A stretch of 36,526 nucleotides of DNA. Origin: a virus (lineage: Duplodnaviria; Caudoviricetes). The stretch spans positions 1-36,526 of IMG/VR virus record IMGVR_UViG_3300024254_000019, one strand, 5' to 3'. Below are positions 15,090 to 25,353 of the stretch, piece after piece (the stretch's first letter is position 1; every line of letters begins with the position of its first letter). Under the pieces are notes generated by a model. It was given only the letters and a program-made list of their open reading frames with translations. It was not told where the DNA came from and did no database searches. The position numbers and the translations under genes are program-made.

Positions 15090-15493
15090 TGCAGGTTCCT
15101 CCGGATGATGTGACCAACAATCTGATAGTTGGGCAGCGTACGCGACCAGCCAGCGCGGCCAAACATCCGCATGGCGGCGCAACCTTGCGCCCGCGCGTAG
15201 TCCTCCAAGCCCTCGATCAACGGCACCCACTGCCGCCGATCCTTGCCGCCGAGCGCGATGATGGTGCAATGCTTGCGGCCGTGAACGATGGTCACCTGGG
15301 TTGCCGCTGCGGCTTTCAGTTGCTCGCCGTCAAATGCAACCCACAACAGCGCCGCGCCCTTGTGCAGTTCGTGCGTTAGCACATCAAAATCGGACAAATC
15401 CATTTTGTGCATTCCGGCGGCAATCAATGGCGCGACGGTTGGCCACACCAGATTGATCCGATCCGTTGGGATCAGGATCAGATCGCATAGCAT
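15086..15493 (-). CDS. GNAT-fold-like virion assembly protein
   Basis: LLWVAFDG...IIALGGKD...LEDYARAQGC...GRAGWSR, typical of this podoviral position. Confidence 0.65.
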   Translation of the reverse strand: MLCDLILIPTDRINLVWPTVAPLIAAGMHKMDLSDFDVLTHELHKGAALLWVAFDGEQLKAAAATQVTIVHGRKHCTIIALGGKDRRQWVPLIEGLEDYARAQGCAAMRMFGRAGWSRTLPNYQIVGHIIRRNLQ

Positions 15494-16527
15494 CAGAATT
15501 TCCAGTTGACGGCGAGGCCGCCCTTTTCTGCGCCAAAAAACACCACGAGGCCGCCCGCGTCGGTTCGTTCCAGCGCAACCAGAAAATGGAACCCGATACC
15601 CGGATTGCCGGCATAGAGTCCGGTCGGCACTTCATAAGTGAGATCGGTCGTACTGGTGTTCATATGGTACGCTTGGATGCCGCTCGGCGTTGTGAAGCTA
15701 TCAACGCCAACTCCGCTATAAGCACCGTCGGAGCTAAACGAATAGGATTGCGTCCCATAGCTTGCCGATATGAAATCTTCATCAATTCCACAAACATAAA
15801 AGAACGCGAATGAGTTATACCCGCCGGCCATGCGCCAGGCTGTGCTGTTCCAGCTCCAAGTATTGCTGATCGAGCTGATTTGCACAATGCCGGCAAAATT
15901 GATGCGGTTGTAAAAATTCCAGATATCAATCTCGCCAAAGCTGACGCCATCGGCGTCCGGGCCATCCTGCGGCGGATGAAACGAGCAGGACACCGCACCG
16001 GTACCGACTTTGATAGTACCGACATAAACCCCGATGCCGGCCGCCGGCCCGTTGGTGATCGCGGTGCCGTTGGTCAGAATGCCGTCATTCAGCGCCAGCG
16101 GCGACGCCCGCGCCGTGAGGCTGGCCCAAGCATCGCCGCGGGTGCAGCGCATGGTCGAGCCGTCGGCCCAAACAAACATGTCATAGAGCGTATTGAGCAC
16201 TGCGGCCGCCGGCGATTTGGTCGCGTCGTTCAATGCCTGCGACAGCTCGCCCCCGAAATCCGTCGCGCTCCATGTGGTGCCGTTCCACACCGGCACCGTT
16301 TGCCCCTTGTACGGCGTGTAATAGATCGTCGCGCTGTTGACACCCGGATTGGCGATATTCGACATCACCGGATTGCCGCTGACCAAAGTCAGCCGGCCGC
16401 CGGCGCCATCACCACCCGCACCACCACCACCGCCGCCATGGGTATTGATCCAGCCAATCGCCTGATTGATCGCAAAAATAATCTTACGTTGGTCAGTTTC
16501 GTCCTTCTGCAGAATGCCAATACTCAA
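15493..16527 (-). CDS. Tail-associated structural protein
   Basis: Short helical N-terminus, poly-Gly linker, beta-rich GGRLTL...IYYTPYKG domain; follows the tail hub gene. Confidence 0.6.
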   Translation of the reverse strand: MSIGILQKDETDQRKIIFAINQAIGWINTHGGGGGGAGGDGAGGRLTLVSGNPVMSNIANPGVNSATIYYTPYKGQTVPVWNGTTWSATDFGGELSQALNDATKSPAAAVLNTLYDMFVWADGSTMRCTRGDAWASLTARASPLALNDGILTNGTAITNGPAAGIGVYVGTIKVGTGAVSCSFHPPQDGPDADGVSFGEIDIWNFYNRINFAGIVQISSISNTWSWNSTAWRMAGGYNSFAFFYVCGIDEDFISASYGTQSYSFSSDGAYSGVGVDSFTTPSGIQAYHMNTSTTDLTYEVPTGLYAGNPGIGFHFLVALERTDAGGLVVFFGAEKGGLAVNWKF

Positions 16528-17987
16528 CGAGCACCCTCAAGCGCAAATTGCGGCTCAATGCCTGCCGCAAAGTTCCAGCTCGTTCCCGCTGGTATGCGCA
16601 GCCGCGCTCGCGAGTAGCGGGTAGAAACATTAAACGGACACATGCCGCTTGCGAGCGGCGTCACCTCAGTCACGTAGGCCACCGGATCGCGCGTCGTTTC
16701 TCGCTTGGAAACCGTCATGTATAGGTTTGCTGCGTCGGTGATCGGGCGCAATCCCTGCACGCGAACACGCTGGCCGTCTGTCCCTTCCTCCGCCGTTTCA
16801 ATCACCGCCTCGATCGGCGTGCCGCCGAACAACGCGAGCTTGTGCGCAGAGTCGAATTGCATCAATTCCGGCTGCGTTGATCCCGCAAAGCTATCCAGCG
16901 ATAACGTCATGGTATCGATATTCGGATACTTGGTATCCATGGCGTCGAGCGAAATGGACGGCTGCGCCATCTGTACCAGATATTCACCAGTCATTGGGAC
17001 CAGCGTCGCCCGATCCAAGATGTAGTCGTAACACAGCAGTTTGTCGTAAAGCGCGCCGCTGCCCGAGTTGGATTTGTAGGCCCAAAACACGCGCGAGCCG
17101 CGCGGATCATTGGCACCGATGATCAATTGTAGATTGCCGCGATCGATATCAGCCAAGAATGTGCGATTGAATTTGGCCTTGCCGATCTCAACCGGATAGC
17201 CTTGCAGCGGCGAGATCATGTGCAGGCCGGCGATTGACAGAAACAGGATGCGCTCGCCAGCTCGGATGATGCTGTAGGGCGCATAAAGTCCCTTGTCCTG
17301 ACTGATGCGCTCGATCTGGAAAACATAGTCCGTCCCCGGCGCAAATGTCATGCGCCTGATGGCGTTGTCTTGAAAGATCAAGCCCGACTCGCCGCCGGCC
17401 ACGCCGCGGACAATGCCGCCGTCGGGCAAATCCTGCAGGTCCGATGAATTAACGCCCGGCGTCCATTGCGTCGTATCGTCCAGCCCTGACCATTGGATGG
17501 TCAGCGGACTGGTCGTCAATCCCGACAACACCACAAACGATCCCACCGTCGCCACATAGCGCGCTTGCGGCGGACTCCCGGCGAGGTCGGCAAACGCACC
17601 GGTCAGGGTCTTGGCGTTGTAGACTTGCGGCGGCGCATTGGCCTGCGCCGCAATCACCAAATTGTTGAATTGCGTAAATGTCCAATGCTCATTGGCATTG
17701 AGTGCCGTATAGGCCGCACCGCCCTTGCTCAGATCCTCCCAAGTCAAATCGGTCTTGAGGTGATAGAGCCGGGTCGAGGTACCCGCGAACATCTGCGGAA
17801 TTCCGGTGTCCGGATAAACCACAAACGCGCCGCGGCATGCGGCCGGCAACGCCGCGCTGTAGGGCTGCGAGGCCAGCATCGGGCCGTAGCCGTCACCGCG
17901 CGGCAACGCACCGCGGATGGTCAACGTCGATTCGCCCTCATAGTCGGCGACGTCAGGGCGCCATTCGCCGAATTTGATCAGCGGCAT
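16524..17987 (-). CDS. Tail hub/nozzle (tail tubular protein B / P22 gp10-like)
   Basis: FGEWRPD start, beta-propeller-like content, IQWSGLDD...SDLQDLPDGG; position after adaptor. Confidence 0.7.
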   Translation of the reverse strand: MPLIKFGEWRPDVADYEGESTLTIRGALPRGDGYGPMLASQPYSAALPAACRGAFVVYPDTGIPQMFAGTSTRLYHLKTDLTWEDLSKGGAAYTALNANEHWTFTQFNNLVIAAQANAPPQVYNAKTLTGAFADLAGSPPQARYVATVGSFVVLSGLTTSPLTIQWSGLDDTTQWTPGVNSSDLQDLPDGGIVRGVAGGESGLIFQDNAIRRMTFAPGTDYVFQIERISQDKGLYAPYSIIRAGERILFLSIAGLHMISPLQGYPVEIGKAKFNRTFLADIDRGNLQLIIGANDPRGSRVFWAYKSNSGSGALYDKLLCYDYILDRATLVPMTGEYLVQMAQPSISLDAMDTKYPNIDTMTLSLDSFAGSTQPELMQFDSAHKLALFGGTPIEAVIETAEEGTDGQRVRVQGLRPITDAANLYMTVSKRETTRDPVAYVTEVTPLASGMCPFNVSTRYSRARLRIPAGTSWNFAAGIEPQFALEGAR

Positions 17988-18175
17988 TATTTTTTCGGCA
18001 ACCGCTCGGATAGGCCTGGACCGCCAGTCACCGGTTCAATCATGCGATTGGATACCACGCCGGGCGCTTGGCTCTCGCCGGTTGGCCGCCCGTTGACAAA
18101 ATCCTCAGTATAAATCGCATGCGGCGTGGTGGGAATGTCGTTCGTGTAGGCCCCGTGGCCTTTCTTTTTCGCCAT
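17987..18175 (-). CDS. Hypothetical protein, 62 aa
   Basis: AAGGAG SD; TAATG coupling to the next gene. Confidence 0.6.
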   Translation of the reverse strand: MAKKKGHGAYTNDIPTTPHAIYTEDFVNGRPTGESQAPGVVSNRMIEPVTGGPGLSERLPKK

Positions 18176-18187
18176 GATCGTTGCTCC

Positions 18188-18799
18188 TTATGGGGTTGGT
18201 CCTGCGACTTTCATTCCGCCGACGCCGGCTGAGCGCTTGTCGAGCAGTTCGATTTCTTCGAACAGCGCATCGCGTCGGGCAATCCATTTCTGCAGCGCGT
18301 TGTCGTCCTGCACATAGCCGCCCGATTCAGCCAGCGAGCCGAACAGATAGGCGTCAGGATGCGCAGTCATCAGCCAATTGGTGCCGACGTTGCCCAACGG
18401 CGGAATTTGCTGGTAGTAGATCAAGCGCGTCTGTGACGTGTCGTCAAACGGCACAACCGTGATCGTGTTGGCCTTGGTCAGGCTATAATACGTCGGCGTT
18501 CCGGTCTGGCCCGATATATAGTTCAACGTCAGCCATGCCGGCAGCGCATATTCAAGCCCACGACTTGGGTTGCCGAGCCATGTCACGGCGCGGGCGACCA
18601 AAAAATCACTCGGCAACGTCGCCACACCGCTGACGGTGGTCAGATCCGACGACGTCAGCATGCCGAGCACGCGCAGTCGGCGGTTAGCGGCTTTTTCAAA
18701 CAGGGTGACAAAATCGGGAATCACACCGTTGAGATCCGAGCGGCCGCCGAGCCAATTGGCAATCGAGGCCTGCAGATCAGTGTAATTGGTCAGGGCCAT
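18188..18799 (-). CDS. Head-tail adaptor (tail tubular protein A-like)
   Basis: NYTDLQASIANWL.RSDL...IPDFV...NRRLR...LPSDF...TNWL...HPDAYLFGSL. Confidence 0.8.
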   Translation of the reverse strand: MALTNYTDLQASIANWLGGRSDLNGVIPDFVTLFEKAANRRLRVLGMLTSSDLTTVSGVATLPSDFLVARAVTWLGNPSRGLEYALPAWLTLNYISGQTGTPTYYSLTKANTITVVPFDDTSQTRLIYYQQIPPLGNVGTNWLMTAHPDAYLFGSLAESGGYVQDDNALQKWIARRDALFEEIELLDKRSAGVGGMKVAGPTP

Positions 18800-19126
18800 C
18801 TAGCGCCATCCAAGCCGAAAACTCGGTCCGAGATCAACGCGCAGGTAGCGCCATTCTGGGTCCTCGAGTTTCTTGGCCACGATTTCATTTTCAAACCGCA
18901 GCGAGAAAATCGGCATATCCGGATTAGCGTTCGTTTCCTCGATCCACCATTTGAAGCGGATATTGTGAGGAATGGTGGCGATGTGCTGGCACCAGTCGGA
19001 TTGCCGTTTGGGACCGTTGGCGAGCCGCTTGTTGTTCTCGATGATATCCTCAACGTCCTGCCATTGGCCGATCACGAGCGTGTCGTGCTCGATGCGCGGC
19101 TGCAGAATGACGCGGCTCGCGCTCAT
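18800..19126 (-). CDS. Conserved phage protein (QDVEDIIE...HIATIP...LEDPEWRYLR)
   Basis: Pattern often found after the capsid in this phage type; TGATG coupling. Confidence 0.65.
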   Translation of the reverse strand: MSASRVILQPRIEHDTLVIGQWQDVEDIIENNKRLANGPKRQSDWCQHIATIPHNIRFKWWIEETNANPDMPIFSLRFENEIVAKKLEDPEWRYLRVDLGPSFRLGWR

Positions 19127-19404
19127 CAACCACACTCCGTGATCTGCACCGTACCGGAACCGATCGAGGCGATGCTTTGGCCGCCTTGAACGATGAAATA
19201 TCCGACCGTGTTCGCCGGCAATAGCGTATCCGTCGTCACCGCTGTTATCGGCGCGGTTCCGATGCGGATATTGACCGCTGCGGTCGTGGCAACGCGGACG
19301 AGTTTGACGCCAGCGCCAAACGCCGATGCTGATGTGATCGAGGTCGCGGCCGACGCAATCACCTGCGTCGCGCCCAACTGCACCGCTTCAACATTGAGGG
19401 GCAT
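19126..19404 (-). CDS. Small beta-rich virion protein
   Basis: AGGA SD; Thr/Ala/Val-rich; VRVATTAAVNIRIG...LLPAN motif. Confidence 0.65.
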   Translation of the reverse strand: MPLNVEAVQLGATQVIASAATSITSASAFGAGVKLVRVATTAAVNIRIGTAPITAVTTDTLLPANTVGYFIVQGGQSIASIGSGTVQITECG

Positions 19405-19417
19405 GGTTTGATCCTGC

Positions 19418-19445
19418 AAAAAGGGCCGATCATTTGCGACCGGCC
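19418..19445 (-). terminator. Rho-independent terminator after the capsid/decoration genes
   Basis: - strand GGCCGGTC-GCAAAT-GATCGGCC (8 bp, one G-U) then C-TTTTT. Confidence 0.65.
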
Positions 19446-19461
19446 AAGTCGGGAGGAGTCG

Positions 19462-19824
19462 CTAAAGCGTGCCGCGGCGCGCTTGGATCGAGAAGGTCGT
19501 CAAGCCACCGCCGGAACCGCCGCCGGTGACCGCAAGGCTGATCTGATCGCCCTGATTGGCAACCACAGATGTGGGTGCAATGCTGGTCGTAGTATTAGCC
19601 GAGGTGCCATTGACGACGGTAACCACGCCACCCGCGGCGGAGACGCCGTTGATGCTGGTTGTCACCGTATAGTCGGCCGTAGCGGTCGCGGTGGTCGGCG
19701 TGACGCCGATCGACACAATCTTGCCGGTGAACGGCATTTGCACCGCAGCGGTTGAGGCCGAAAACGTCGCCACGGATGTGCTGATGGGCTGCACATGCAG
19801 CGGGACAGGACTAGGAACCGGCAT
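19462..19824 (-). CDS. Putative capsid decoration protein
   Basis: AAGGAGG SD directly after the capsid gene; Thr/Ser/Val-rich beta protein. Confidence 0.6.
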   Translation of the reverse strand: MPVPSPVPLHVQPISTSVATFSASTAAVQMPFTGKIVSIGVTPTTATATADYTVTTSINGVSAAGGVVTVVNGTSANTTTSIAPTSVVANQGDQISLAVTGGGSGGGLTTFSIQARRGTL

Positions 19825-19834
19825 GCTCGCCTCC

Positions 19835-20797
19835 TTATGCAGTCAGCAGGTCGAACACGCCGCCCGAGGCCGCTTCATTGCGCGACACCAGTGTATGTTC
19901 GATCAGCAAATAGCGGCGATCGGTATCGCCAGTCTTGGCCAGCGGGAAGCTGGTCATATTGCGACCGGGGAGCGCCGCATCCGCCCACATATCCATTTGC
20001 AGCACCAGCACGTCACGGGCGCGCTGGAACCGATTTGGCACCGCGCGCAGCGTGCCAAAGTCCGACTTGTAGGTGTCGGCCGCTGCGGTGATGGTCATGT
20101 CGGCTTGGTTTTCCATCGGTGTGCCGCGACCGGTGAAAGTCGAGAACACCTGTTTATTGAACGCGCCCATCATGATCACGTCCGGCTTGCCGCCGGAGGT
20201 CCAGATTTTTTGCAGCACGTTTTTGAGTTGCGACTCGGTAAAGCCGCGCGCCGTGCCGTCAACGCGCGTGATACTGCCATCAGCCGCAGTCGGGTCTGCA
20301 GCACCACCGGCCGAGCCCTTGTCGGTGTTGGTGGTGATCCACGCGTCAATCCCGGCCATGTTGCGGGCTACGGTTTCGGAGCCGGCTAGTTTCTTTTGAT
20401 TGTTGAGCAGCGTGCTTTCAATATCGCGCTTTAGCTCGCCGCCTTTCAAACCGACTTGGTAGTCCATTTCCGATGCCCGGCCGGCATGCTCAACAACCTG
20501 CTGAGTGCCGGTGACGCGCGGAATTTTCACCTGGATTTGGGTTTGATTGCCGCGGCGAACGGTTGGCGTGGTGGCGGTGGCGGTGACGTTGTCATCGCCT
20601 TCGAGTTGAGCATTTGAGGTGCTCGGCGAGGCCAACGCCTGGGTTTGCCATTCGTGGTTTGTGGCGTTTGCTTCCTCGCGATCGATGCCGTTATAAAACG
20701 GCGTGTCAGTCGGATCGATCCGATAGATGATATCCGAGAGGTCTTCCCGGTTGCCGGCAGCACTGTAAGTGCTGAAGGCGCTGGTTGCGAGTGGCAT
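19835..20797 (-). CDS. Major capsid protein (DUF5309 / SU10-type)
   Basis: GNREDLSDII..IDPTDTPF, HEWQTQAL, EGDD, NQTQI, ELKRDIE; follows the scaffold gene. Confidence 0.88.
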   Translation of the reverse strand: MPLATSAFSTYSAAGNREDLSDIIYRIDPTDTPFYNGIDREEANATNHEWQTQALASPSTSNAQLEGDDNVTATATTPTVRRGNQTQIQVKIPRVTGTQQVVEHAGRASEMDYQVGLKGGELKRDIESTLLNNQKKLAGSETVARNMAGIDAWITTNTDKGSAGGAADPTAADGSITRVDGTARGFTESQLKNVLQKIWTSGGKPDVIMMGAFNKQVFSTFTGRGTPMENQADMTITAAADTYKSDFGTLRAVPNRFQRARDVLVLQMDMWADAALPGRNMTSFPLAKTGDTDRRYLLIEHTLVSRNEAASGGVFDLLTA

Positions 20798-20807
20798 GTT
20801 TTCACCT

Positions 20808-21914
20808 TTAGCGGTTTGTCATATCGCGGCGCACGGCCATGAGATCAGCAGCAAGCCGTGCGGAGCGCTGTGAGCTGGTTGTCTTGGATAGTGCGGATTC
20901 GAGTTCCCGAGCTTTGCTTTCCAGCGCTTTGCCGGGAACGGGTGCCGCACCAGGGCGGGTGACAGGTGGAACAGCGGCTTTGACAGGTCCGTTTTTGACC
21001 GCGGCTTTGGCCTCATGAAATCGCCGATAGTCGTCAACGATTTGTTGCCATCGCTGATCGCGCAGCGTGAAAGCCTGCTGACCATTCCAGTTCCGGAGGA
21101 TTTCATCCTCGGTGAACCCGACGCTGGTCAGCGCCTTCATGGCCGAGCGTTGCATTGTCCCGGCCTTTTCTTTGTCTGCAAACTCAGGACGGTTTTTAAT
21201 AAACGCAGCATCCTGCTCGGCAGCAAAGGTATTCCATTTGCTTTGCAAGTCGCTGAGTTGCCGTTCCTGCGCGGCCTTTGCTTCGCTGGCGATGTTGGCC
21301 AGTTTTTTCTGACTGGCATCCCAAGCGATGTATCTGGCCCAATCCTCGCGGGCGAGTTTGGTCACGTCATCCATTGTTTGAATGTCGGGGAACTCGCCAG
21401 CGATTGACTGTTGCAGCGCCTGCATGAGGGCAGGTAACGCGCCCTCATACTGCTGTCGTGCCTGTTCCATTTTCTGGCGCTCGCCGTCGAGCGTCAGATT
21501 TCGTTCTTTCAGTTCCTGTTGACTTTTGGTGAGCAGCGACTCGCGCTCGGACTCTCGCTGCGCAAGATATTGTTGCGTCTCGCGTGGGAGTGATTGCCAG
21601 TGCTGTTTCGCCTCAGTCGTCCAAGACAACGGCGGCTCAATGGGCGGTTCTTCAACCGCTTCGGCTTCCGCTGTCTCGCCATGGCCCTCCGCGGGAGGGT
21701 TGGCGTCCGCCTCGGGGGCGGATTGCGCTGCAGGGGGCGCTGCCGGGGGCGCGCTCGCAGCCTGCGAATTCAGTTCTTGCTTGTGACGTTGCTGCGCCAA
21801 TAGGCGCGCGGCTTCGCGCACGCCCATGGCATCTTTAGTGCCATCCGGCGCTACGATTGGAGTCGTGGGTTCGCCCCGCGGCGCGGGGGCGCCAGGTGCC
21901 AGATCATCAGCCAT
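20808..21914 (-). CDS. Capsid scaffolding protein
   Basis: Acidic/Pro-rich N-terminus, PPLSWT..AK..W..LP..Q, coiled coil, P.VTRPG C-terminus; precedes capsid. Confidence 0.75.
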   Translation of the reverse strand: MADDLAPGAPAPRGEPTTPIVAPDGTKDAMGVREAARLLAQQRHKQELNSQAASAPPAAPPAAQSAPEADANPPAEGHGETAEAEAVEEPPIEPPLSWTTEAKQHWQSLPRETQQYLAQRESERESLLTKSQQELKERNLTLDGERQKMEQARQQYEGALPALMQALQQSIAGEFPDIQTMDDVTKLAREDWARYIAWDASQKKLANIASEAKAAQERQLSDLQSKWNTFAAEQDAAFIKNRPEFADKEKAGTMQRSAMKALTSVGFTEDEILRNWNGQQAFTLRDQRWQQIVDDYRRFHEAKAAVKNGPVKAAVPPVTRPGAAPVPGKALESKARELESALSKTTSSQRSARLAADLMAVRRDMTNR

Positions 21915-21924
21915 GTGAGATTTC

Positions 21925-22203
21925 CTAGACTACGTTGAACATCCGGTGTCGACCGGCTTCAATTTGCGACAGTTCGCGCTCGGCCATCTTGCCGTCCGCA
22001 ATGATGTTGCCAATCGCCAGCGTGAGTTGATCGGTGGCGTGGATCAGGGCTCGGGTCAGCACCATTTCGTCAGGCTTGCAGGTCAACAGATGCCGGCCCA
22101 ACGCGTCTTTGACCCGGTCGGCTGCGCTCTTGAACGGTTCTTCGAGCTGCTGCGCCAGGCGCCCGACGTTCACCTGCTTTTGCGTCCTGTCTTCGTCGGC
22201 CAT
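21925..22203 (-). CDS. Small helical head-associated protein (MADEDRTQ...)
   Basis: GGAGAG upstream; ...IIADGKMAE motif of the gene usually found between portal and scaffold. Confidence 0.6.
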   Translation of the reverse strand: MADEDRTQKQVNVGRLAQQLEEPFKSAADRVKDALGRHLLTCKPDEMVLTRALIHATDQLTLAIGNIIADGKMAERELSQIEAGRHRMFNVV

Positions 22204-23533
22204 TTGCCATGCTCTCCAACATGATCTTGACGCCATCAACAACCGGCGCCCATTCGTCCTGCCTGTGCTGCCGCAATACGCTCATGCTGTCGTACCAGAT
22301 CGTGCGCTGGCTGTTGCGATCCCAACGCCAATCGGGACACCGCGTCACCATGGTGATTACCGGCACGCCGAGTGCGCCGGCAAGGTGCGCGCAAGAGGTG
22401 TCAACGGTGACCACAACATCGAGATTGGCGATCAAACTGGCCGTTGCGCGCCAGGATTTGGCGAGCGGGCTCAGATCGGCGACAAAGCCATCATATCCGG
22501 CCGCGGTGATTTCCCGCGCGGTTGGCCCAACCTGCAACGAATAGAACGCCGCGTCAGGAATGCCGAACAACGGAGACAGATTGATAAAATCCATCGATCG
22601 GTGACTATTGCGGCCATGCACCGGATTGCCGCGCCACACCAGTCCGACATTGAGCAGCCCGCGGCGCGGGAAAGTTGCCGGCTCGGCCTTGAAGTAGGGC
22701 CTACCGTTGACGTCCTCCAGATCAACGCCGGTGCGCCAGGGCACGGTCATTGAGCCGACGATGTAGTCAGCATCAAAATCGTCGATCGGCACGATGCCGT
22801 CATTGTCGATATTGTCGGCCACCAACTCGACCATGTCGGCGACTTTGCCGGTCAACAGGATCTTGGCGGCGCCATAATCGCGCAGCCGCGGAATGAATCG
22901 GCAGAAGTTGAAAAAATCGCCGATGCCGTCTTCGGCATAAACAGCAATGGTTTTGCCGGTCAGATCCTCGCCCTGCCAATGTCGTTGACGCACATGCGCC
23001 GGCAATAGCGCCTGATTCGGCGTCAGACCAAACTTGGCGAGTTTTTCCTCGGCATTCTCGCGTCGGCATTCATAGGCCTGAAAACCCTCGCGCAAGCGGC
23101 CCATCGCCAGCAACGTTAACGCGCGGTCTTTTTTGATTTCCGGATCGCCGGTGAGCGCAATCGCCCGGTCGTACCAAATCAACGCATCCTCATCGTCGCC
23201 ATTGCTGCGGTAGGCAATGCCAAGGTGATGATAGGCGCGGCCGAGCCATTTGTTGTCGGGCGCATTGGTGACGCACCATTTCAGCAACGCGATCGCTTCA
23301 AGCCAATGGCCGGTTGCGCTCAACGCGCTTGAATAGCTGAAAACCGCAGTGAATTTTTTCGGTGCCAGCCGATAAGCGCGCTCGGCCAGCGCTACCAACT
23401 GATGCACCTTGTTGCGATCCATGGTGTTGAACAGGTGCGCAAACTGATTGATCAGCGCGCCGACGTCATCCGGCTTGCGCAGAAGTTGATTGGCATAGGC
23501 CTTGTATTGGGCGACGTCCTCGGGGTCGCTCAT
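22070..23533 (-). CDS. TPR-repeat GT-B (GT9-like) glycosyltransferase
   Basis: N-terminal TPRs; WQGEDL.GK...EDGIGD...RF, VGLVWRGNP, LDVVVTVDTSCAHLAGALG, DWRW. Confidence 0.85.
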   Translation of the reverse strand: MSDPEDVAQYKAYANQLLRKPDDVGALINQFAHLFNTMDRNKVHQLVALAERAYRLAPKKFTAVFSYSSALSATGHWLEAIALLKWCVTNAPDNKWLGRAYHHLGIAYRSNGDDEDALIWYDRAIALTGDPEIKKDRALTLLAMGRLREGFQAYECRRENAEEKLAKFGLTPNQALLPAHVRQRHWQGEDLTGKTIAVYAEDGIGDFFNFCRFIPRLRDYGAAKILLTGKVADMVELVADNIDNDGIVPIDDFDADYIVGSMTVPWRTGVDLEDVNGRPYFKAEPATFPRRGLLNVGLVWRGNPVHGRNSHRSMDFINLSPLFGIPDAAFYSLQVGPTAREITAAGYDGFVADLSPLAKSWRATASLIANLDVVVTVDTSCAHLAGALGVPVITMVTRCPDWRWDRNSQRTIWYDSMSVLRQHRQDEWAPVVDGVKIMLESMANGRRRQDAKAGERRAPGAAARRTVQERSRPGQRRVGPASVDLQA

Positions 23534-24324
23534 TCGGGCTTGTCTACCGTTTGAATGCAGGCGATCGTCGGATCATCGTGATGCACAGCGACAACGTTCA
23601 TCACCTCATGCGAAAAGCACTTGTAGCCCAACGGCGCGAGGAATGTTTCGAGCGTATCGCGATCGATCTTGATCACCTCGATGAACAAGATCGGCCGATC
23701 GCGCGCAAGCACAGCGGTCGCGCCGGCCAAGGCGTCCATTTCCATGCCTTCAATATCGAGTTTGATAAAATCGACACGGCCGCGGACGATTTCATCGATG
23801 GTTACGGCCTGCACCCGCAGTGTCGGCTTGTCATAGTCGATTGCCTGGCCGACGTCGTTCATTCCAAACGGCTGGTGCAGTTCAAACCCGCCAAAATTGC
23901 CAGGTTGGCAATAATCAGGCTCCGGAATGTCGATAAACCCTTGCTGCGCATCGACTGCGGCGTGAATTGCACGCGCATTGAAAGCGTTTTGCACCGTCAA
24001 ATTGCCGACCAGGGCATAATACAGCCGTTCCTGCGGCTCGATGGCGAGGATTTGCCCCCAATCGTGCATGAAATTCGCCAACTCAAGGGTGACAACCCCG
24101 ATATTGGCGCCGCAATCAATCACATTGACCGGTTTGGGCACGTATTTGCGTTTTTCCGCCAACAATTGTTTGATCAGCGCGAGCGTGGCCGGTTGGTAGC
24201 AGCGATTTTCCATCAACTCGGCGCCAACGCCGGCCCATTTGCCGGCATAGGCATAGGCATAATCGAACCGATTGACGAGCAGCGGGCCATGATCGTTGCT
24301 ATGCAGCACAAATGCAGTTTTCAA
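23530..24324 (-). CDS. FkbM-family SAM-dependent methyltransferase
   Basis: VIDCGANIG, IEPQ, VDFIKLDIEGME...L.GA, RPILFIE. Confidence 0.9.
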   Translation of the reverse strand: MKTAFVLHSNDHGPLLVNRFDYAYAYAGKWAGVGAELMENRCYQPATLALIKQLLAEKRKYVPKPVNVIDCGANIGVVTLELANFMHDWGQILAIEPQERLYYALVGNLTVQNAFNARAIHAAVDAQQGFIDIPEPDYCQPGNFGGFELHQPFGMNDVGQAIDYDKPTLRVQAVTIDEIVRGRVDFIKLDIEGMEMDALAGATAVLARDRPILFIEVIKIDRDTLETFLAPLGYKCFSHEVMNVVAVHHDDPTIACIQTVDKPE

Positions 24325-24797
24325 TTGAGCAGTAGGAGGATCATCTGCATATCCTCCTCCTCTTGTTGTTGTTCGTGGATCGCCTGGGCGATCGCGTTGC
24401 CGATGGCGATGGCTTGATTTGCATGTTTGATCGATGCGGTTACGCGACTTGCGCCAACGGCGGCGTTGAGCGCATTGGCAAGCCGCTGCAAATTCTCACT
24501 GAGCTTAGCTGTCTCGGCCTGATCGTGGGCTGCGAGTATCGCCTTGTTGGTAGCGGCGATTGCATCCTGCAGTTTTTCCTGCTGCTTGGGCTTGCGATTG
24601 CCGCGCATGTCGGCAAGCGCCGCCATCTCGGCGTCGTATGCCGCCATGAATTCACGCCAACGGCGGCGTGTGAATGTCGCAACAAAGCCCCCGCCGCCCG
24701 ATGGCGGAACAGTAACTGGGACGGTGACAACCTGAAAGCCTTTGACCAGCGCGCCGACAAAATGATCATTTTGAAAGGCGTTGGCTTGGAATGCCAC
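24321..24797 (-). CDS. Hypothetical protein (AFQANAFQ start, EEEDMQMILLLL end)
   Basis: N- and C-terminal patterns common in phage late regions; coupled to FkbM. Confidence 0.65.
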   Translation of the reverse strand: MAFQANAFQNDHFVGALVKGFQVVTVPVTVPPSGGGGFVATFTRRRWREFMAAYDAEMAALADMRGNRKPKQQEKLQDAIAATNKAILAAHDQAETAKLSENLQRLANALNAAVGASRVTASIKHANQAIAIGNAIAQAIHEQQQEEEDMQMILLLLN

Positions 24798-24800
24798 AAG

Positions 24801-25055
24801 TTATGCATCCTTGATCGGCTGACCGTTGTGTTTGCGGCGGTTTTCTTCGAGCTGGCGCGCCAGTTCCTCCCGATCGATCGATGGCATGGGCGGACCCGGC
24901 TGCGGCACGCGCGGGCGCGCCTGCTCGATCTTGGCGTGAAAGTGCGCCACTGCCGGGAAACAATCCATGCCGCCGCCGTCGCGGTTCTTAAAAGCGCGAT
25001 CAAAGATCGCATAGAGCGCGGCGAGTTCGTTATCTTCGAATTGCAAAGTGATCAT
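24801..25055 (-). CDS. Hypothetical protein, 84 aa (possible fibre chaperone)
   Basis: GAGG SD; follows the fibre genes. Confidence 0.55.
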   Translation of the reverse strand: MITLQFEDNELAALYAIFDRAFKNRDGGGMDCFPAVAHFHAKIEQARPRVPQPGPPMPSIDREELARQLEENRRKHNGQPIKDA

Positions 25056-25062
25056 GTTGGCC

Positions 25063-25341
25063 TCATAGGAGTGCGTAAAAGTAGCTGATCAGTTCCGGCG
25101 ATCCGCTTTGCAGGGTGAATGTAACTTGCTGGATTGCGGTTCCTGCGTCAGTGAATTGTTGTGCCGTCAAGTTGGGCCGGCCGCTGGCGTTCATCGCTTC
25201 GGCGGCGGCGGCGGCGAGATTGGGATCCTTGGCCATCCGATCATTGGCCCGCTCCATGTCGTCTTGAGCTTTCAGAAACCCGTTGATGGTGGCGATGAAG
25301 TTGCGCGCGAACGTGGTTGCGTCTTGTGGCGAGGTCGCCAT
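25063..25341 (-). CDS. Hypothetical helical protein, 92 aa
   Basis: AAGGGA SD; in operon order. Confidence 0.6.
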   Translation of the reverse strand: MATSPQDATTFARNFIATINGFLKAQDDMERANDRMAKDPNLAAAAAEAMNASGRPNLTAQQFTDAGTAIQQVTFTLQSGSPELISYFYALL

Positions 25342-25353
25342 GGCAATTCCCTT